A DNA stretch of 64,000 nt from a bacterium. Lineage in GTDB: Bacteria; Zhuqueibacterota; Zhuqueibacteria; Residuimicrobiales; Krinioviventaceae. Every line of letters begins with the position of its first letter. Positions within the stretch are counted from its first letter, which is position 1. Shown here one piece after another: positions 38,539 to 49,796 of this stretch. The position numbers and the translations under genes were made by a program. The DNA lies in contig CAXXFV010000016.1 of assembly GCA_963674595.2 (NCBI GenBank), forward strand, positions 256,001 to 320,000, written 5' to 3'. The notes beneath the pieces are model-generated. The model made no database searches. It was not told the DNA's origin and saw only the letters and a list, made by a program, of their open reading frames with translations.

Positions 38539-39558
38539 ATGATTACAAAGATATTGGAAAAACTTGGTGATAAACAGGATTTGACGGAAAAAGAGACTAT
38601 TGCTGTTATGCAGTGCATTATGGACGGTCAGCTTTCGTCGGCGCAAATTGCAGCATTTTTAATGGGGTTAAAAATTAAAGGTGAAACCGTGGATGAAATT
38701 GCCGGTTGTGTGCAGGTTATGCGAAGTCGTGCCAAAAGCATTAAAGGTCCTGACTCTGTTATTGATACCTGCGGGACCGGAGGAGATAAATCTTCAACAT
38801 TTAATATTTCTACGGCGTCTGCGCTTGTAGCCGCAGCAACGGGTATTCCAGTGGCCAAACATGGGAACCGTTCTGTATCCAGTTTGTGCGGCAGCGCCGA
38901 TGTTTTACTGGAACTGGGTGTAAAAATTGATTTGACTCCTGAACAGACCGAGAAATGTTTGCGTGAAACCGGTATTGCCTTTTTGTTTGCACCGGTTTAT
39001 CATACTTCCATGAAATATGCTGCCGAACCACGAAGAGACATGGGTGTTCGAACAGTTTTTAATATTTTGGGTCCCATGTCCAATCCCGCCGGTGCTAAAC
39101 GACAGATCATTGGTACTTTTAATTTACAAACAGCGGAAAAAATGTCCCAGGTTTTGCAAAAAACCGGCAGTGAACATGTTTTAATCGTTCACAGCAAAGA
39201 TGGTTTGGATGAAATCTCTCTGTCGGACGAAACAACTGTTTTTGAAATGAAAGGGGATTCCATCGACAGGTTTCAATTTGCACCGGAAGATGTTGGTGTA
39301 AAAAGACAATCACTTGATCAAATAAAAGGAAACAATGCAGCCGATAACGCTTCAATTATAGAGATGATGTTGAAAGGTGAAAAAGGAGCCTATGCGGATG
39401 TAACGGCGCTTAATGCCGGTGCTGCGATTTATATAGGCAAAAAAGCGGAATCGATCAAACAGGGAGTTGATATGGCTTTTGACACCATTTATTCAGGTAA
39501 GGCATTGGAAAAATTTGCTAGTTTGCGGGAATTTACGCAGACTGTCGGACAATGTTAG
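38539..39558 (+). CDS. trpD: Anthranilate phosphoribosyltransferase
   Basis: DTCGTGGD, KHGNRS, GSADVL, DGLDE. Confidence 0.95.
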   Translation: MITKILEKLGDKQDLTEKETIAVMQCIMDGQLSSAQIAAFLMGLKIKGETVDEIAGCVQVMRSRAKSIKGPDSVIDTCGTGGDKSSTFNISTASALVAAATGIPVAKHGNRSVSSLCGSADVLLELGVKIDLTPEQTEKCLRETGIAFLFAPVYHTSMKYAAEPRRDMGVRTVFNILGPMSNPAGAKRQIIGTFNLQTAEKMSQVLQKTGSEHVLIVHSKDGLDEISLSDETTVFEMKGDSIDRFQFAPEDVGVKRQSLDQIKGNNAADNASIIEMMLKGEKGAYADVTALNAGAAIYIGKKAESIKQGVDMAFDTIYSGKALEKFASLREFTQTVGQC

Positions 39559-39568
39559 GGGATGTTGC

Positions 39569-40363
39569 ATGACTATTTTGGATAAAATTACAAAACAAAT
39601 TGCAGAGAATTTACCGGACCGTAAAAAATCCTTACCTGTTGCCAGGCTCCAAAGTGAAGCGGAGCAGGTTGTTAAAGATAAAAAACCGAACCGTTTTTCT
39701 CAGGCATTACTGGCCGCAGATATGGCAATTATTGCTGAGGTAAAAAAGGCTTCACCCAGCAAAGGCATTATTTGTCCTGATTTTGATCCTGTCAGCATTG
39801 CCCAGGAATATCATAAAGCCGCAGTGAATGCCATATCCGTTTTAACAGAAGAAAATTTTTTTCTGGGTCGCCTGGATTATTTAAAGCAAATCTCGGAAAT
39901 TACAAACCTGCCGTTATTACGAAAAGATTTTATTATTGATGAATATCAGATATATGAGGCCGCATATTACGGGGCTTCGGCGCTTTTATTGATTACGTCT
40001 GTTTTGTCGGATGCTCAGCTAAAAGATTTCCGGATTTTGTGTGATGAGTTGAACCTGGATGCCCTGGTGGAAGTGCATGATTTAAGTGAGGTTGAAAAAG
40101 CATCAAGGTCTGGTGCAAAAATAATCGGCATTAATAATCGTAATCTGAAAACATTTACTGTGGATTTAAATACGAGTTTGAAATATGTATCGGAAATTCC
40201 GGAATCTGTTGTTAAGGTCAGTGAAAGCGGTATTTTTTCTGCTCAGGACATTGCCCTTTTAAAAAATGCCGGTTTTAATGCTGTTTTAATAGGTGAAAGT
40301 TTGATGCGTAAAAAAGACAGAGCTGCCTTTGTTAACGAATTAAGGGGTAATGTATGTGGATAA
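39569..40363 (+). CDS. trpC: Indole-3-glycerol phosphate synthase
   Basis: IAEVKKASPSKG, SVLTE, LRKDF, GINNRNL, SESGI. Confidence 0.95.
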   Translation: MTILDKITKQIAENLPDRKKSLPVARLQSEAEQVVKDKKPNRFSQALLAADMAIIAEVKKASPSKGIICPDFDPVSIAQEYHKAAVNAISVLTEENFFLGRLDYLKQISEITNLPLLRKDFIIDEYQIYEAAYYGASALLLITSVLSDAQLKDFRILCDELNLDALVEVHDLSEVEKASRSGAKIIGINNRNLKTFTVDLNTSLKYVSEIPESVVKVSESGIFSAQDIALLKNAGFNAVLIGESLMRKKDRAAFVNELRGNVCG

Positions 40364-40956
40364 AAATGTGCGGTATAACCCGGTTGGAGGATGCAAAGTT
40401 GGCTGTTGATATGGGTGCAGATTGTATCGGATTTATTTTTGCGCCCAGTCCCCGGCAAATAACCCCCGAAAAAGCATGTTCCATATCAATGCGAATTGGA
40501 AATATTAAAAAAGCAGGTGTTTTTGTGAACGAGGACCCAACTGCTGTAAAAAATATTCGTAATTTTTGTGAACTTGATATTGTTCAGCTACATGGAAACG
40601 AGTCCCCAGAATATTGTCAGGCAATTGGCGGGAAAATTATCAAAGCTATTCGTGTTAAAGAGAAACAGACATTGGAAAATATGCAATACCCGGGTGTCTG
40701 GAAAATACTGTTGGATACATATCACCCGAAACAGGCTGGTGGCACGGGAAAACGGATTGATGCGGATTTGCTTTCAGAAATTAATGATTTTTCACAAATA
40801 ATTATGGCCGGCGGCATTAATGCGGATAATGTTTTGGAGGTGATTGGAAAATATCAACCATTTGGAATCGATGTAAATTCCGGTGTTGAAAGCGCACCCG
40901 GAATTAAAGATAAAAATAAGGTGATGGAACTTTATAACAATTTGAGGAAAAAATGA
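40354..40956 (+). CDS. trpF: Phosphoribosylanthranilate isomerase
   Basis: [31 protein letters not shown]. Confidence 0.95.
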   Translation: MWIKMCGITRLEDAKLAVDMGADCIGFIFAPSPRQITPEKACSISMRIGNIKKAGVFVNEDPTAVKNIRNFCELDIVQLHGNESPEYCQAIGGKIIKAIRVKEKQTLENMQYPGVWKILLDTYHPKQAGGTGKRIDADLLSEINDFSQIIMAGGINADNVLEVIGKYQPFGIDVNSGVESAPGIKDKNKVMELYNNLRKK

Positions 40957-42122
40957 GAAAACAAGGATATTTTGGAGAGTTCGGTGGTCAGTTTGTGCCT
41001 GAGTTGCTTATCCCTGCTTTGCTGGAATTACAGGAAGCCTATGAATATTATTCGAAACAGGATGATTTTCAAAGGGAATATAGGGAATTGCTGGCCAATT
41101 ATGCCGGGCGTCCAACGCCGCTTTTTCATGCGTTAAATATGGAAAATCTGTGTAACGGCGCAAAAATTTTACTGAAAAGAGAAGACTTGAATCACACAGG
41201 TTCTCATAAATTAAACAATTGCATTGGCCAGGTTTTGCTGGCGAAAAAAATGGGTAAAGAAAGCATTATTGCAGAAACCGGCGCCGGTCAGCATGGTGTT
41301 GCTACGGCCACGGTGTGTGCTCTTTTAAATATGCAATGCCGGATCTTTATGGGCAGGGAAGATACAATTCGCCAGGAATTGAACGTTTCCAGAATGCAGC
41401 TTTTGGGTGCAGAGGTTATTCCGGTAGATTCCGGTACCAAAACACTTAAAGATGCTGTTAACGAAGCCATGCGGGAATGGATCCGGTGTGTAAAAACAAC
41501 CCATTTTACAAGCGGGTCTGTGATTGGGCCCCATCCATTTCCAACACTGGTGCGTGATTTTCAGTCCGTAATTGGTAATGAAGTCATACAACAATTGCCC
41601 CAGTATGGTGTTGATGTTCCGGATGTTATTATTGCTTGTGTAGGCGGCGGCAGTAATTCTATGGGAATTTTTTATCCCTTTAAAGACAGTTCTGCCCGTT
41701 TAATTGGTGTTGAGGCAGGAGGCAGGGGGAGTAAAATTGGTGACAATGCTGCTTCCATTAATTTTGGTGAACCGGGTGTTTTTCACGGTAAAAAGAGTTA
41801 TTTTTTACAGGACAAAAACGGGCAAATTGCACCGGCACATTCTATTGCTGCCGGACTTGATTATCCCGGTGTCGGGCCGGAACACGCTAATTTTCATGAT
41901 ACGAAACGGGCGGAATATGTAACCATTTCTGATAAAGAGGCTGTAGAGGCATTTCAAATGTTGTCGCGTACGGAAGGTATAATTCCGGCACTGGAAAGTT
42001 CACATGCTATTGCTTATGCGTTAAAACTGGCTCCAACGTTATCCCCTGATGAGACAATTGTGGTCAATTTGTCCGGTCGTGGCGATAAAGATTTTATTAA
42101 CCTGAAACATAATGTGGTATGA
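40953..42122 (+). CDS. trpB: Tryptophan synthase beta chain
   Basis: [38 protein letters not shown]. Confidence 0.97.
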   Translation: MRKQGYFGEFGGQFVPELLIPALLELQEAYEYYSKQDDFQREYRELLANYAGRPTPLFHALNMENLCNGAKILLKREDLNHTGSHKLNNCIGQVLLAKKMGKESIIAETGAGQHGVATATVCALLNMQCRIFMGREDTIRQELNVSRMQLLGAEVIPVDSGTKTLKDAVNEAMREWIRCVKTTHFTSGSVIGPHPFPTLVRDFQSVIGNEVIQQLPQYGVDVPDVIIACVGGGSNSMGIFYPFKDSSARLIGVEAGGRGSKIGDNAASINFGEPGVFHGKKSYFLQDKNGQIAPAHSIAAGLDYPGVGPEHANFHDTKRAEYVTISDKEAVEAFQMLSRTEGIIPALESSHAIAYALKLAPTLSPDETIVVNLSGRGDKDFINLKHNVV

Positions 42123-42922
42123 GGCGAAAAATGAACCGAATTGATAAATGTTTTGCAGATTTGAAAAAAGAGAATAAAAAAGCACTAATTACTTTTATTA
42201 CCGCCGGTGATCCGGATTTAGCGACAACGTTGGACATTATGAAAGCCCTGGCTGATAACGGCGTTGATATTATTGAATTGGGTGTTCCGTTCTCCGATCC
42301 GATTGCAGACGGACCCATCATTCAGGCCTCTACTGTGCGGGCTTTGAAAAATAAAATTACAATTCATGATATCCTCAAGCTGGTTACTGACTTTAGAAAA
42401 ACACACCAAACTCCGGTCGTTTTGATGGGATACCTCAACCCAATCCTGAGGTTTGGACCAAAAGATTTTTTTACAGAAATGAAACAGGCCGGTGGTGACG
42501 GCGTCATCATTGCTGATTTACCCTATGAAGAGGGTGAAGAGTATGAAGAATTGAGAAAAGAGTTTGATATTTCTCTTATCTATCTTTTAGCACCTGAAAC
42601 AGGAACCGACCGCACAAAAAATATATTAAAAGCATCCAGTGGATTTGTTTATTGTGTGGCGCATTATGGTACGACCGGAACGGATGAACAATTCGACCAC
42701 GAGGCTGTCAAGTCGGTTATCACCTCATTTAAAAAGATGACCCAATTGCCGTTGGCTATTGGATTTGGGGTTTCGTCGGTTGAACAGGCCAAATTATTTT
42801 CTCAATTTGCCGATGGAGTTATTATTGGCAGTTGGTTGATTAACGAGCTACAAAAGTCAGATGATAAAGCACAAACAGCAGCCCAATTTGCTCTTGCTGT
42901 AAAAAATGGTATAACCAGGTAA
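42119..42922 (+). CDS. trpA: Tryptophan synthase alpha chain
   Basis: [34 protein letters not shown]; start may be 42131. Confidence 0.95.
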   Translation: MRRKMNRIDKCFADLKKENKKALITFITAGDPDLATTLDIMKALADNGVDIIELGVPFSDPIADGPIIQASTVRALKNKITIHDILKLVTDFRKTHQTPVVLMGYLNPILRFGPKDFFTEMKQAGGDGVIIADLPYEEGEEYEELRKEFDISLIYLLAPETGTDRTKNILKASSGFVYCVAHYGTTGTDEQFDHEAVKSVITSFKKMTQLPLAIGFGVSSVEQAKLFSQFADGVIIGSWLINELQKSDDKAQTAAQFALAVKNGITR

Positions 42923-43020
42923 TATAAAAATCGTTTTTTGGGGAATAATTTGAGATTGGATTTGATTTAAACAATTAAATTTTTATATTTGATTTTACAC
43001 CGATAAAATTGAGGTTAAAC

Positions 43021-43833
43021 ATGGTTGAATGGTTTAAACAATCTGATCCGGTTTTACAGGCATTATTAGCGACTTTGTTTACATGGTTTGTGACGGCTGC
43101 CGGCGCTGCTGTCGTTTTTATGTTTAAAACAATTAATCGTAAAGTGTTAGACGGCATGCTGGGTTTTGCAGCCGGTGTTATGATTGCCGCAAGTTTTTGG
43201 TCTCTTTTGGCACCCGCAATTGAAATGGCTGAAGAATCTGGCGGCTTGCCCTGGATTCCGGCTACGGTTGGTTTTTTAATCGGAGGCGCCTTTTTATATG
43301 CCATTGATAAAATACTACCGCATTTACATATCGGTATGCCGAGATCCGAGGCTGAAGGTATTAAAACAAGCTGGCAACGTAGTGTTTTACTGGTTTTGGC
43401 AATAACATTACATAATTTTCCTGAAGGATTAGCTGTCGGAGTTGCTTTTGGTGCTGTCAGCGCCGATTTACCATCTGCATCTTTGGCCGGTGCTATCGCT
43501 CTGGCAATTGGTATTGGTATACAAAATTTTCCGGAAGGAGCAGCCGTATCTATACCGTTAAGGCGGGAAGGATTATCGCGGTTTAAAAGTTTTTGGTACG
43601 GTCAAATGTCCGGGGTTGTTGAACCCATTGCCGGTGTATTGGGAGCAACGGCTGTTATTCTTGCCCGCCCGATTTTACCCTATGCTTTGGCTTTTGCTGC
43701 CGGTGCAATGATTTATGTTGTTGTTGAAGAGTTGATTCCTGAATCACAACTGGACACAAGTACCGATGTGTCTACAATAGGCGCTATGCTTGGTTTTGCC
43801 GTTATGATGACGTTGGATGTCGCGTTGGGCTAA
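43021..43833 (+). CDS. ZIP-family (GufA/ZupT) metal transporter
   Basis: GFAAGVM, HNFPEG, QNFPEG, EELIPE. Confidence 0.9.
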   Translation: MVEWFKQSDPVLQALLATLFTWFVTAAGAAVVFMFKTINRKVLDGMLGFAAGVMIAASFWSLLAPAIEMAEESGGLPWIPATVGFLIGGAFLYAIDKILPHLHIGMPRSEAEGIKTSWQRSVLLVLAITLHNFPEGLAVGVAFGAVSADLPSASLAGAIALAIGIGIQNFPEGAAVSIPLRREGLSRFKSFWYGQMSGVVEPIAGVLGATAVILARPILPYALAFAAGAMIYVVVEELIPESQLDTSTDVSTIGAMLGFAVMMTLDVALG

Positions 43834-43853
43834 TAGATGAGAATGTCGATGGT

Positions 43854-44366
43854 ATGAAACGAAATATTATGACACTTTTTTTGGGGGCTTTTATGGCTGT
43901 TTTTTTTATGAAATTTGTTTTTAAAGAACCGGTGAAACAATGGCAGCCTGCTTTTGAGGATATACAATTTCACAATTTTGATTATGCTTTGGATACGGCA
44001 TTTAGAGATGTTTGTGATAAAGATATTGATCTTTCGGGTGCATTGCCGGACAGCCTTTCACCGGCCTGCAAAGGAATTATAAAACTGAAATATTATTTCC
44101 TTCCAATGATTAAGGTCCGACAACTGATTTATGAGGCGGACCGGCTTTGTTTTTTTAATCAGTTTCAAGATGCTGCTGAAAAACTTGAATCTGCCCGAGT
44201 TCTGTTATTCCAAAATGCACAATTTGGCGATATTGAGTATAAAAAAGGAATCAATGAATTGATAATTTTAATTGATGATATGATTCATGATGTCAAAAAT
44301 GAAAATATTATTACCAGGGAAAAGTTTTTACAGCTTGCCGATTATGTGAATAAAATTCTGCAATAA
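43854..44366 (+). CDS. Hypothetical membrane-anchored helical protein
   Basis: 170-aa ORF with an N-terminal hydrophobic segment; no recognised motif. Confidence 0.55.
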   Translation: MKRNIMTLFLGAFMAVFFMKFVFKEPVKQWQPAFEDIQFHNFDYALDTAFRDVCDKDIDLSGALPDSLSPACKGIIKLKYYFLPMIKVRQLIYEADRLCFFNQFQDAAEKLESARVLLFQNAQFGDIEYKKGINELIILIDDMIHDVKNENIITREKFLQLADYVNKILQ

Positions 44367-44574
44367 AACCAGGTATATGTAAAATTTGGGCTTTTAAACT
44401 CACCTGCATATTTTTATTTTAAACCACCATAGTTCCGGATTAATCTCCATTCATTACATTTAAAATGAAATAGTTACGTTCTTAAATTTAAAAGTTATAG
44501 CTTGTTATTTCAGGTAAAAATTTTTAATTTTATACGCTTTTGCCACATTTGAACTTTTAACATGGAATATTACT

Positions 44575-46197
44575 ATGAAAGTGCTGACATTGATTTTCAG
44601 CCTCCTGGTCGTTTCGGTTTATGCGGGCGATAAACCTGTTGAACTTTTGGATCGTATCCATCTTGTTCCCTATCCTGAAAAAGTTGAGTATAGTGAACAA
44701 AAAATTCTGTTACCCGCTAAAGTATCTGTTTTTGGAATTTCTGATGATAATTCAATGAAGCGGACTAGAGAAACGATTGATAACATGTTTGAAATGGTCC
44801 CGAATATTTATTATGATTATAATGGAACAAACGAATATAAAATTAAATTCGTCCTGTCGACTGACGTAAAACATCCCGAAGGGTATCGGCTTTCAATTAA
44901 TGATGATCAAATTAAAATATCTTATTCTTCAGAGGCAGGTGCTTTTTACGGAGCTCAAACCCTTTACCAGATATTTACATTTAGTTATCATGGTGTTGAC
45001 ATGCTGCCCGGCTGGCATGTTCCGGTTGAAAAAGATGGTTATGATAAAAAATATTTACCCATTCTTGAAATTGAAGATAAGCCCCAATATAAAATTCGGT
45101 CTTTTATGGTTGATATGGGGCGTTCCGTTTTTCCGATGCCTTATTTAAAACATATTATCCGTCTTATTTCCCATTTAAAATTAAATACATTACATATTCA
45201 TTTGTATGATGATGAACTGAATGGATTTCGCTTTTCCACCTTGCCTTTGGGAGAGGAAAATCCTTTTGCAATGGATGCTGATGGCTTGAAGGAACTGGTT
45301 CGCTACGCCCGGTCCTATCATGTCACCATTATCCCGGAACTGGAATCCTGGGGGCATGTTGCCAGTATTGTTTATCATTATCCCGAACTTTACGGGGCAA
45401 AGGGTATGTATGGCGGGGCATCATTTGGAATAGGTGAAAAAACCTATAATTTACTTGAAAAAATGTATGATGAGATTCTTTCATGCCTGGAAGACGAAGC
45501 ACAAATTCATGTCGGATTGGATGAGGCCAAGTGGGCTGTTTTAAAGGGAGAAGAAGACAAAGGGCATTCGCCGGAAAATATGGTGGGTAGAATCTATCAA
45601 ATCCTGCAAAATGCAGGGGAGAGGCAGAATAAAAAAGTAACCATGCATCTTTGGGCGGATCATGGCGGACGACCCGTGCCGGATGAGATAAAAGATAAAA
45701 TTGTTCTTCAACCCTGGAAATACAAAGCATCTGATGAACAGGAAATCGTCCGTTCCCTGGAAAAGTATGGTCAGGAAATTACCCCGATTATGATGGGCGG
45801 CGGAATAAGGTCTGACTGTTTTAACGGTGATTTTGGTGCTACACGTGTTTGGAGCCAACATGGAAGAAAGTATTCAAATGTTTTGGGCGCTACAATTTGT
45901 CTTTGGGGAACGAATGATATATCCGGCAGACTTGTTGGAATTTATACAGGCGCGGATTATATCTGGTCTCCCGATACACCAAAATTACTGGCAGATGATC
46001 CCTTTGATGAAGATTTACGATCAAAGGTTAACAAAGCCATGCGAAATTGGCAGAAAATTTTTCCGGATGCATTGTCTGAAAATTTAGACCAGGACCGGGG
46101 GCCGGAAGTCCTTTTAGGCAAATATGTATGGCCTCCGTCTACAAGTAAACCGGTTGCTCCAACAGCAGTATGGAAATATGACGGTCCTTTAAAATAA
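44575..46197 (+). CDS. GH20 family glycoside hydrolase (hexosaminidase-like)
   Basis: LVPYP, EGYRL, GAFYGAQTL, DMGR, KLNTLHIHLYD, IIPELESWGH, catalytic HVGLDE. Confidence 0.82.
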   Translation: MKVLTLIFSLLVVSVYAGDKPVELLDRIHLVPYPEKVEYSEQKILLPAKVSVFGISDDNSMKRTRETIDNMFEMVPNIYYDYNGTNEYKIKFVLSTDVKHPEGYRLSINDDQIKISYSSEAGAFYGAQTLYQIFTFSYHGVDMLPGWHVPVEKDGYDKKYLPILEIEDKPQYKIRSFMVDMGRSVFPMPYLKHIIRLISHLKLNTLHIHLYDDELNGFRFSTLPLGEENPFAMDADGLKELVRYARSYHVTIIPELESWGHVASIVYHYPELYGAKGMYGGASFGIGEKTYNLLEKMYDEILSCLEDEAQIHVGLDEAKWAVLKGEEDKGHSPENMVGRIYQILQNAGERQNKKVTMHLWADHGGRPVPDEIKDKIVLQPWKYKASDEQEIVRSLEKYGQEITPIMMGGGIRSDCFNGDFGATRVWSQHGRKYSNVLGATICLWGTNDISGRLVGIYTGADYIWSPDTPKLLADDPFDEDLRSKVNKAMRNWQKIFPDALSENLDQDRGPEVLLGKYVWPPSTSKPVAPTAVWKYDGPLK

Positions 46198-46208
46198 GAT
46201 ATTAAGAT

Positions 46209-47378
46209 TTGATGAATTCTGATATAATATATTTTGACAATGCCGCTACCTCATGGCCAAAACCGGATTGTGTAAAGGAGGCCATAGTCCATTTTTTAAC
46301 TGATGTTGGTGCTAATCCGGGACGTTCCGGGCACAGGATGTCTGTTGATGCTTCCAGAATTGTTTTTGAAACAAGGCAGGCGATTGCTGATTTGTTTCAT
46401 GTTACGGATGCTTTAAGGATCACTTTTGCTGCCAATATCACCGAAGCCCTGAATTTAGCTCTTTTGGGTTTATTACAACCGGGTGATCATGTCATCACAA
46501 GCAGTATGGAGCACAATTCCATGATGAGGCCTTTGCGTGCTCTTGAAAAAAACGGCATAGAACTGGATATCGTACTGTGTTCTGACACCGGAGAAATGGA
46601 CCCTCAGGATTTTTTACCACGGATTAAATCAAATACGAAATTAATTGCACTCAACCATGCTTCCAATGTTTGCGGAACGATTTTACCGATTAACGAGGTT
46701 GGGAAAATAGCCCGTGAACACGGACTGCTTTTTTTGGTTGATACGGCACAAACAGCCGGTTCCATTCCCATTGATATGGAAGAGAATTATATTGACCTGT
46801 TGGCCTTTACAGGGCATAAAGGTTTATATGGTCCGACCGGTACCGGCGGGCTTGTCGTCGGAGAACGTGTAGATATAAAAAAGTTAAAACCGCTTAAAAG
46901 AGGCGGTACCGGAAGCCGGTCGGAATCTGAAGAACACCCGGCCTTTTTACCGGATTTACTCGAAAGCGGAACACAGAATGTTGTTGGTATTGCCGGTTTA
47001 GGCGCTTCTGTACGCTGGTTGTTAGACCAGGGAATAGATAACATATACAAACATAAGCAAAATTTGTGTGAATATGCTTTGCACCGCATTTCAAAAATTG
47101 AAAATGTAAGAATATATGGAACTCAATCTGCTTTAAAACAAACAGCTACACTTTCCTTAAATGTCGAAAATATGGATCCTGCAAACGCAAGTTTACGGCT
47201 GGATGAAGAGTTTAATATTATGACACGTGTTGGTTTACATTGTGCACCTGCCGCCCATAAAACATTGGGCACTTTTCCCGAAGGCTCAATTAGAATGAGC
47301 ATGGGATACCTGAATAACGAACCGCAAATTGATCTCGCCGTCAATGCTCTGGAAATATTAAGCAGGGAAGACCAATGA
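46209..47378 (+). CDS. Cysteine desulfurase / selenocysteine lyase (class V PLP enzyme)
   Basis: YFDNAATSWPKP, EHNS, DTAQ, TGHKGLYGP, RVGLHCAP. Confidence 0.9.
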   Translation: MMNSDIIYFDNAATSWPKPDCVKEAIVHFLTDVGANPGRSGHRMSVDASRIVFETRQAIADLFHVTDALRITFAANITEALNLALLGLLQPGDHVITSSMEHNSMMRPLRALEKNGIELDIVLCSDTGEMDPQDFLPRIKSNTKLIALNHASNVCGTILPINEVGKIAREHGLLFLVDTAQTAGSIPIDMEENYIDLLAFTGHKGLYGPTGTGGLVVGERVDIKKLKPLKRGGTGSRSESEEHPAFLPDLLESGTQNVVGIAGLGASVRWLLDQGIDNIYKHKQNLCEYALHRISKIENVRIYGTQSALKQTATLSLNVENMDPANASLRLDEEFNIMTRVGLHCAPAAHKTLGTFPEGSIRMSMGYLNNEPQIDLAVNALEILSREDQ

Positions 47379-47599
47379 AACCAAATTTTTCCGTCATTCT
47401 TGTACCATCTACACACCATGCTATGAAAGCAGAGAGTATACTTTTGCAAGCCGGTGTTTCTTATAAACTGGTACCTGTACCCAGGCATATACATTCGGAT
47501 TGTGGTGTGTGTGTTAGAGTTTTTAAGGCAGACATGGAGAGAGCAAAAAGTCTATTAAAAGACAACAATATAGATATTGAAGGTAGTTTTGATTTGTAA
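47375..47599 (+). CDS. DUF3343 (putative Se/S carrier)
   Basis: STHHAMKAE, PVPR.I.SDCG. Confidence 0.8.
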   Translation: MKPNFSVILVPSTHHAMKAESILLQAGVSYKLVPVPRHIHSDCGVCVRVFKADMERAKSLLKDNNIDIEGSFDL

Positions 47600-47652
47600 A
47601 AGAGAAAAAATTAAGATATCTTTTAGTTTAATTTCTATAATCGGAGGTAGTT

Positions 47653-48006
47653 ATGGAACAGGTTAAGGCAGATGGAAAAGTTTTGGTTGTTTCAAGTGAC
47701 ATTATGGGTGATGGAGATATTGAACTCGGAGGTATTTTAATACGTAGTTTTTTCCATACATTACTAGAATCCGAAATATTACCCAACTCAATTATATTTT
47801 TTAACACCGGAGTAAAGTTGGTTGCAGGAGGTTCACCGGTTCTTGAAGATTTGAAATTTCTTGAACAAAAAAATATAGATATTTTGGCGTGCGGCACCTG
47901 TTTGGGGCATTTTAACTTGAAAGATAAAATAAGCGTTGGACACATTTCCAACATGTATGAAATTTCTGAAACAATGCTCAAGGCCGGTAATATTATAAAC
48001 CTCTAG
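47653..48006 (+). CDS. YedF-like DsrE-domain selenium metabolism protein
   Basis: MGDGDIELG.ILI, FFNTGV, ACGTCL, GHISNMYEI. Confidence 0.8.
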   Translation: MEQVKADGKVLVVSSDIMGDGDIELGGILIRSFFHTLLESEILPNSIIFFNTGVKLVAGGSPVLEDLKFLEQKNIDILACGTCLGHFNLKDKISVGHISNMYEISETMLKAGNIINL

Positions 48007-48191
48007 TTTTAAGTTTAAAAATACTTGGCAGAATCTTGCTATTATTTGTCGCTGCTTTATTAAACTGGTTTTTTTTGAATAACTTGGGAAATCCTGTTGA
48101 CTGAGTTTTATTTAAATCTCTGGTTTAACTTTTGTACAGCTACTCTAAAGCAAATTCCGAAACAAGCTCGCTGTGAAATTGGAGATGAAAT

Positions 48192-49772
48192 ATGCTCAAA
48201 AGATTATTGTTTTTTATCCTTTCACTTGTTGTTTTATATATCATAGGATTTATTGGCAATGCATTTCTTTTTATTTTATTTCTAAACGTTACTTTTTTAT
48301 ATCTTTTATATTTTATCACATGTGAAACTTGTATATATTTGAAAACTAAAGGTCAGGTACAAAAGGCAGTTATTGTTTCCCTCTTGTTTTTAATATTAGT
48401 GGGTTGGATGTTAAATCATTTTATGTTGCCGGACAAGTTTCACCCGGTTAGTGTTGCAGGAAATATAGGAATTTTTCTGTTTACGTTGTTTTTAGGGTGG
48501 AGTATCTGGAAAAAAAGTAAAAAAAGTTTATTGATTACCGGTTCTGTTATCTTTGTATTATTTATATTTATTCTCACCATTTACAAGTCAGTCGGCCAAC
48601 CACAGGCAAAAACAGATCCGGGGCTTGCTGTTCAATCCATACCTTATTTGTCCTATGTTGTTAATGATAAACAAGCTGAAAAAAATGGCGTCATAAAAAT
48701 TGATACAAATCTTGTTTATAATGGAGTTAATCTTTACATTCCTTTTCTGCGTTCAAATGCATTGCTTTTGGATATGAATGGCAATGTTTTACACACCTGG
48801 AATGTGAAAAGGAATTCTCCCACCTGGTCTTATGTTACAATGCTTAAAAATGGCGATTTGTTAAGCAGTAATAAAGATGATATGTTGCTGCGGCTTGATT
48901 GGAATTCGAATATAAAGTGGGAAAAGAATATTCGTTGTCATCATGATATTGCTGTTGCAGAGAATAATGATATTTACGCTTTATCGCGTAAGGATACACT
49001 GGTTTTTGTTTATGGCATTCCCATGCCGATGTTAAATGATTATATTACGGTTTTATCAAGTGACGGGAAAATTAAAAATGAAATATCACTGTACAATGTT
49101 TTAAAATATACGGTATCTTTTAAAAATGTAAAAGAGATATACAAGTGGATGATAAATCCGTTGAACTGTATAAAAATTATTACAAATAAAGTTAAGAACG
49201 GTTTTATTTTTTACAATGACACTGTTTTTGATGTTTTTCATAATAATACGGTAACAATTATAGATAAAGATGTAGAGGGGCTTTGTAAAAAGGGAAATGT
49301 TCTCATTTCCAGTCGCCAGAAAAGTACGGTGGGTATTGTAGACATTGGCGCTGAAAAATTGGTATGGAGTTGGGGACCCGGAATCATCAACAAACAGCAT
49401 CACCCTACATTTTTGGAAAACGGCCACATTTTGATTTTTGACAATGGATGGGTAAAAAAACGATCCAGGATTGTTGAGGTGGATCCTTTAAAAAGAAAAA
49501 TTGTGTGGGAATATGTTGAAAAACCTCCGGAATTGTTCTACTCTTCTACAGCAGGTGCAAGCCAAAGACTGCCAAATGGTAATACGTTGATAACGGAAAG
49601 CGCAAAAGGACGGGTTTTTGAAGTTACTGCTGATGGTGAAATTGTTTGGGAATTTTTCAATCCTGAAAGGAGAAAAGATGGAAAAAGAATTGTAATTTAT
49701 CGTATGGAACGTATTACAAATCCTGATGAATACCCGGTATTAAAAAAAATTATGCAAAATAGAATATCTTGA
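48192..49772 (+). CDS. Membrane-anchored arylsulfotransferase (ASST)-like beta-propeller, copy 1
   Basis: About 4 TM helices, CHHD, FHNN, ISSR, QHHP, IFDNG, QRLPNGNTLITE. Confidence 0.78.
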   Translation: MLKRLLFFILSLVVLYIIGFIGNAFLFILFLNVTFLYLLYFITCETCIYLKTKGQVQKAVIVSLLFLILVGWMLNHFMLPDKFHPVSVAGNIGIFLFTLFLGWSIWKKSKKSLLITGSVIFVLFIFILTIYKSVGQPQAKTDPGLAVQSIPYLSYVVNDKQAEKNGVIKIDTNLVYNGVNLYIPFLRSNALLLDMNGNVLHTWNVKRNSPTWSYVTMLKNGDLLSSNKDDMLLRLDWNSNIKWEKNIRCHHDIAVAENNDIYALSRKDTLVFVYGIPMPMLNDYITVLSSDGKIKNEISLYNVLKYTVSFKNVKEIYKWMINPLNCIKIITNKVKNGFIFYNDTVFDVFHNNTVTIIDKDVEGLCKKGNVLISSRQKSTVGIVDIGAEKLVWSWGPGIINKQHHPTFLENGHILIFDNGWVKKRSRIVEVDPLKRKIVWEYVEKPPELFYSSTAGASQRLPNGNTLITESAKGRVFEVTADGEIVWEFFNPERRKDGKRIVIYRMERITNPDEYPVLKKIMQNRIS

Positions 49773-49796
49773 AATTTTTAAATAATTGGAGAATGA

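Noticed and set aside
48025-48041. TTGGCAGAATCTTGCTA looks like a sigma54 promoter for the ASST genes
   Set aside because: GG to GC spacing is 9 nt, not the required 10
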